Of a stretch of 64,000 nt of DNA, positions 59,957 through 64,000 are shown one piece after another. Source of the DNA: the human T2T-CHM13v2.0 reference genome, Homo sapiens. Below the pieces are notes generated by a model. That model did no database searches. It was given only the letters and a program-made list of their open reading frames with translations, and was not told where the DNA came from. The translations under genes were made by a program, and so were the position numbers. Every line of letters begins with the position of its first letter. Position 1 is the first letter of the stretch. The DNA lies in the NCBI RefSeq assembly GCF_009914755.1, contig NC_060926.1; one strand, written 5' to 3'.

Positions 59957-60930
59957 ATGTGTGGGGCTGTGTAAGAGTGTGAGAGCATATGTGTGTGTGA
60001 GAAAGTGTATGAGAGCATAAGAGTGCATGGGAGCATGTGCGAGAGCGTGTGTGTTCTGTGAACGTGTTACAGCATGTGAGATTGTGTGTGGTGTGAGCAT
60101 GTGAACATGTGTGTGAGAGCATGTGTGTGGTGGCGTGAACATGTATGTGTGAGAGCATGTGAACACGCATGTGCATGTTAGAGCCTCTGAGCCTGTGATA
60201 TGAGCATGTGTTAGAGCATGTATGTGGTGTGAGCATGAACATGTATGTGTGGTATGAGCATGTGAACGTTAGAGCGTATGTGAGTGTGTAGTTGTGTGTG
60301 TGTGTGAAAGCGTGAGTGCACCTATGAGAGGACAAGTGTGTGATAGTGTATGGAGTGTGTGTTGTGAGAGCATGTGAGCTTGTGAGTGTACATGAGCACA
60401 AATTTGAAAGTGTTGTGAGAGCGTTGTGAACGTGTTATGAGTGAAAGTGTGTATGTGGGTGTGTGTGATAGTGCGTGTGTGATAGTGTGTGAGCTTGTGT
60501 GTGAATGTGAGCATGTATGACAGCGTGTGCTAGCATGTGTGAGCCTGTGATAGTGTGTGAGAGCGTGTGAGAGCAAGTGTGTGAATATGTGTGTTTGAAT
60601 GTGAGAACATGAGCATGTGTGAATGTGAGAACATGAGTGTGAAAATGAGTGTGAGCGTGTGTGTGAATGTGAGTTAATGTGAGCGTGTGTGAGCGAGTGT
60701 GAATGTGTGAATGTGAGTGAATGTGTGTGAATAAGAGCATGTGTGAATGTGTGTGCGAGTGTGTGAGCATGTGTGAATGTGAATGTGAGAGCGTGAGTGT
60801 GTGTGAATGTGAGCGTGTGTGAGTGTGAGCATGTGTGTGAATGTGGGCATGTGTGAGTGTGTTAGTGACCGTTTGTGAGTGTGAATGTGAGAGCGTGTGT
60901 GAGCGTGTTGTGAGTGTGTGCGTGTTGTGG
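59957..60930 (+). repeat. ~1-kb degenerate (TG)-rich low-complexity array
   Basis: Recurrent GTGTGAGCAT, GTGAACAT and GTGTGAAT units. Confidence 0.95.
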
Positions 60931-61333
60931 GGTAGAGGGTAAGAGGGCAAAGCGAGGAGTAAAGCTAAAGAGCTGGGGATTGAGGTCCCAAGCTGTTCTC
61001 CGCGGCAGCCGAGAACCGAGCAGAGAGGTAGGAAACTGGAGCTACGAGCGGTTTGGTCTCTGCCTCAGTGAGGCCCTGCTGAGGGTCTGATGATTTTTGG
61101 TGACTGGGTGTCCTCTCCACCCTGCCCAGTGAGGCGGGCGTGGGGTGTGCGCTCCTGTTTCTCCCCTCTAGCCTTGGCTTCGCCCCAGCTGTGCTGGGGT
61201 AAGTGACTTCCAGAGTTGTTGGAGGGCTCGCATGTCTGCCCTGAGCCTGAAAGGATTACTTTCCTGTTGGAATGTCTGGGTTAGTTAGGCTTTAATGGAG
61301 GATGTGAATGACATTTGGTTTTAGCTAGGTTGA

Positions 61334-61651
<318 letters not shown>

Positions 61652-62124
61652 TGAGGTGGCTTCTGAATAGCTTCCTAGGAAGGTCTAATCAGCATAAGAT
61701 CTGGATTGCTGATTCTAGGTAAATAATTTCAACTCCGGCGGGGATGTGAGAGATCTCTGCTTGCATCGTTTCCATTGTTATACTTCGAGCTTTCTTTCTG
61801 ACAAAAGCCCAGGGGAGGAGAGAGGAGCCTTTGTACAGATTTTCCAAACAACACAAGCATTTAGCCTTGTGATTGTCAGTCAATCGCGAAGTGAAAGAGA
61901 GTGAAAGGGGAGCTGAGCTGTCATACAACTTAATCCTTTCGCAAGTGATAGACATCAGATCCAGTTCTCCCGTGCGGCAAGGTAAAGCTTGCACTATCCT
62001 TGCCCAAAATTTACGTCACCTACTTAATGTGGATAACATCACTGGTGTTGAGTTCAGTGTGACAACACAGCCTTGATCCCCGGAGCTACAAAAGTCCCTG
62101 CTTGAGCTCTTTGCTAGGATACTT

Positions 62125-62449
62125 AGCCTACTGTGGGCTCTACATCTGCAGATTCAAGCAATGTAGAATGAAACGTTGCGGAATGAAAATATTCGGGAAA
62201 AAAACCCAATGAAAAATAACAATGCAATGATAAAAACAATACAAATTAAAACATGCAATGTAACAACTGTTTGCGTAGCCTTTACATTGTATTATGTATT
62301 ATAAGTAATCTAGAGATGATTTAAAGTGTACGGGAGGATGTTACATGTAAATGCTGTGCCATTTTAAGTAAAGGACTTGAGCATCTGCAGATTTTGGTAT
62401 TTGGTGGGGGTCATGGAACCATTTCTCTAGGGATACCGAGGGATGACTG
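62125..62449. mobile_element. MER2-like (Tigger) DNA transposon remnant
   Basis: Ends ...GGATACCGAGGGATGACTG|TA; internal ATAAGTAATCTAGAGATGATTTAAAG. Confidence 0.8.
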
Positions 62450-62999
62450 TAGTACAGGCAGGGAGAGTGTTCCGAGCAGAGCTTAAACCTCAGGGCCTCT
62501 CACTTGCATTGCGGCCACATGGCTTTATGAGATTTGCGAAAGAAAGCTATCACAACCACGTCAGTTAAGATCACTACCTCTTTTCACTAGACTTTCCCAT
62601 TGTCCTGCTTCCTCTTATGCTGGGTGCAGCTGGAGTGGCCATGGGCATTTTCGGCCTCTAGCTGAGGGAGTTTGTGTTGGGCTGGGTTAGGTGGGAATAG
62701 TGGTATGTGTTGGTGTGGTTTGGAGTCACGCGGCATGTGGCGATTATCGCTGGCTGCAGGAGTACTCCAACCGCCCACTGTGCTGACGTGCGAACATCGT
62801 GATGTGAGGTGCAGGGCCAGGGGTGGATCCTGATGCGAACCTGTCCTGTGGCACCTGACACAAGTGTGTGAGAGCTAGAAGCTAGAAACTGGGCCAGAAA
62901 AGTCTTTCAGATCTTACAGCTTGTACAGTGAAGCTCAATAGAGGTTTCCTAAATTTGGCAGTAATCCCAAAACTTTCATTACTAGAAATGCCATGTAGT

Positions 63000-63483
63000 C
63001 ACATGCACATGTATGTTTATTGCAGCACTATTTACAATAGCAAAGACATGGAACCAACCCAAATGCCCATCAAAGATAGACTGGATAAAGAAAATGTGGC
63101 ACATATACACCATGGAATACTATGCAGCCATAAAAAAGAATGAGTTCATGTCCTTTGCAGGGACATCGATGAAGCTGGAAACCATCACTCTCAGCAAACA
63201 CAGGAACAGAAAACCAGACACCACATATTCTCACTCATAAGTGGGAGTTGAACAATGAGAACGCATGGACACAGGGAGGGGAACATCACATGCTGGGGCC
63301 TTTTGGGGGGCGGGGGGCAAGGGGAGGGAGAGCATTAGGACAAATACCTAATGCATGTGGGGCTTAAAACCTAGATGATGGGTCGATAGGTGCAGCAAAC
63401 CACCATGGCACATGTATACCTACATAACCTGCATGTTCTGCACATGTATCCCAGAACTTAAAGTAAAAAGAAAAAAAAAAAAA
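63000..63483 (+). mobile_element. 5'-truncated L1PA8-10-like element
   Basis: ORF2 end MFIAALFTIAKTWNQPKCPS, L1 3'UTR, poly(A); CATGTAGT repeated at 62992-62999 and 63486-63493. Confidence 0.95.
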
Positions 63484-63730
63484 CTCATGTAGTTGTGAAG
63501 CTGAAAGAACCTCTTCTAAGCTGTCAGAACAAAAGACATTTTCATTAACCATGCTAAAGGAAAGACTAAATTATTTTTTATTCTCTATAGGAATGTTTCA
63601 AAATCATTGGCATATGACAAGAAAAAGTATACAGCAAACAAAAAAGTAGAAGGTATTCTAGAGGTATGTCAGGCAGTTTAATTAATAAAAATATTGTTAT
63701 TTTGCTGGATTTTGTGATGTCAGTGCTGTT

Positions 63731-64000
63731 TGTATTAGTTTTTTTTATTACTGTATAATAATCACAAAGTTAGCAGGTTAAAACAACATACATTTGTCAT
63801 TCCATAGTTTCCATGGGTCCAGAATTGGAGCCTCAGCTGAGTCCTCTGCTCAGAGTCCCACAAGACTCCACTCAAGGTGTCAGCTGGGGCTGTGACCTCT
63901 TCTGAGGCGTGGGGGTCCTCTTCCAGGCTCCCTAATTGTTGGTAGAATTTAGTTCCTTGTGGGTGTAGGACACAGGTGCTCGGATTCTACAAGTTGCCCG
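63731..64000 (-). mobile_element. MLT1-family LTR (continues past window end)
   Basis: TGTATTAGTTT...AAAACAACA...CAAGGTGTCAGCTGGGGCTG...GTTGGTAGAATTTAGTTCCTTG. Confidence 0.75.

Noticed and set aside
59907-60950. His/Thr-rich minus-strand ORFs
   Set aside because: Translation of the CA-rich strand of the TG low-complexity array.

Overview
Primate, almost certainly human, genomic DNA: the TMEM185B-RALB interval (2q14.2 from recall of gene order). It contains the complete intronless TMEM185B CDS (minus strand, 350 aa) with a CpG-island promoter, about 29 kb of repeat-rich intergenic sequence, then the RALB CpG-island promoter, non-coding exon 1, a 25.6-kb intron 1 and the first coding exon (38 codons including the P-loop). 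The rest is Alu, L1, MaLR/ERV1 LTRs (including an intact solo LTR12C) and old DNA-transposon remnants. I see no convincing new 'system'. The most notable unexplained structures are: (1) a ~380-bp inverted duplication (16262-16640 / 18752-19152) with a near-identical core flanking a 2.1-kb spacer; (2) an upstream ATG-containing exon at ~22.86 kb that would splice in frame onto RALB, plus an exon 1 that is itself open in frame; (3) a ~1-kb UG-rich array full of GCAUG and GUGAAUG motifs just upstream of RALB exon 2; (4) an antisense LTR12C in RALB intron 1. Repeat subfamily names come from recall of consensus sequences and were not computed. Counts and alignments were done by hand.
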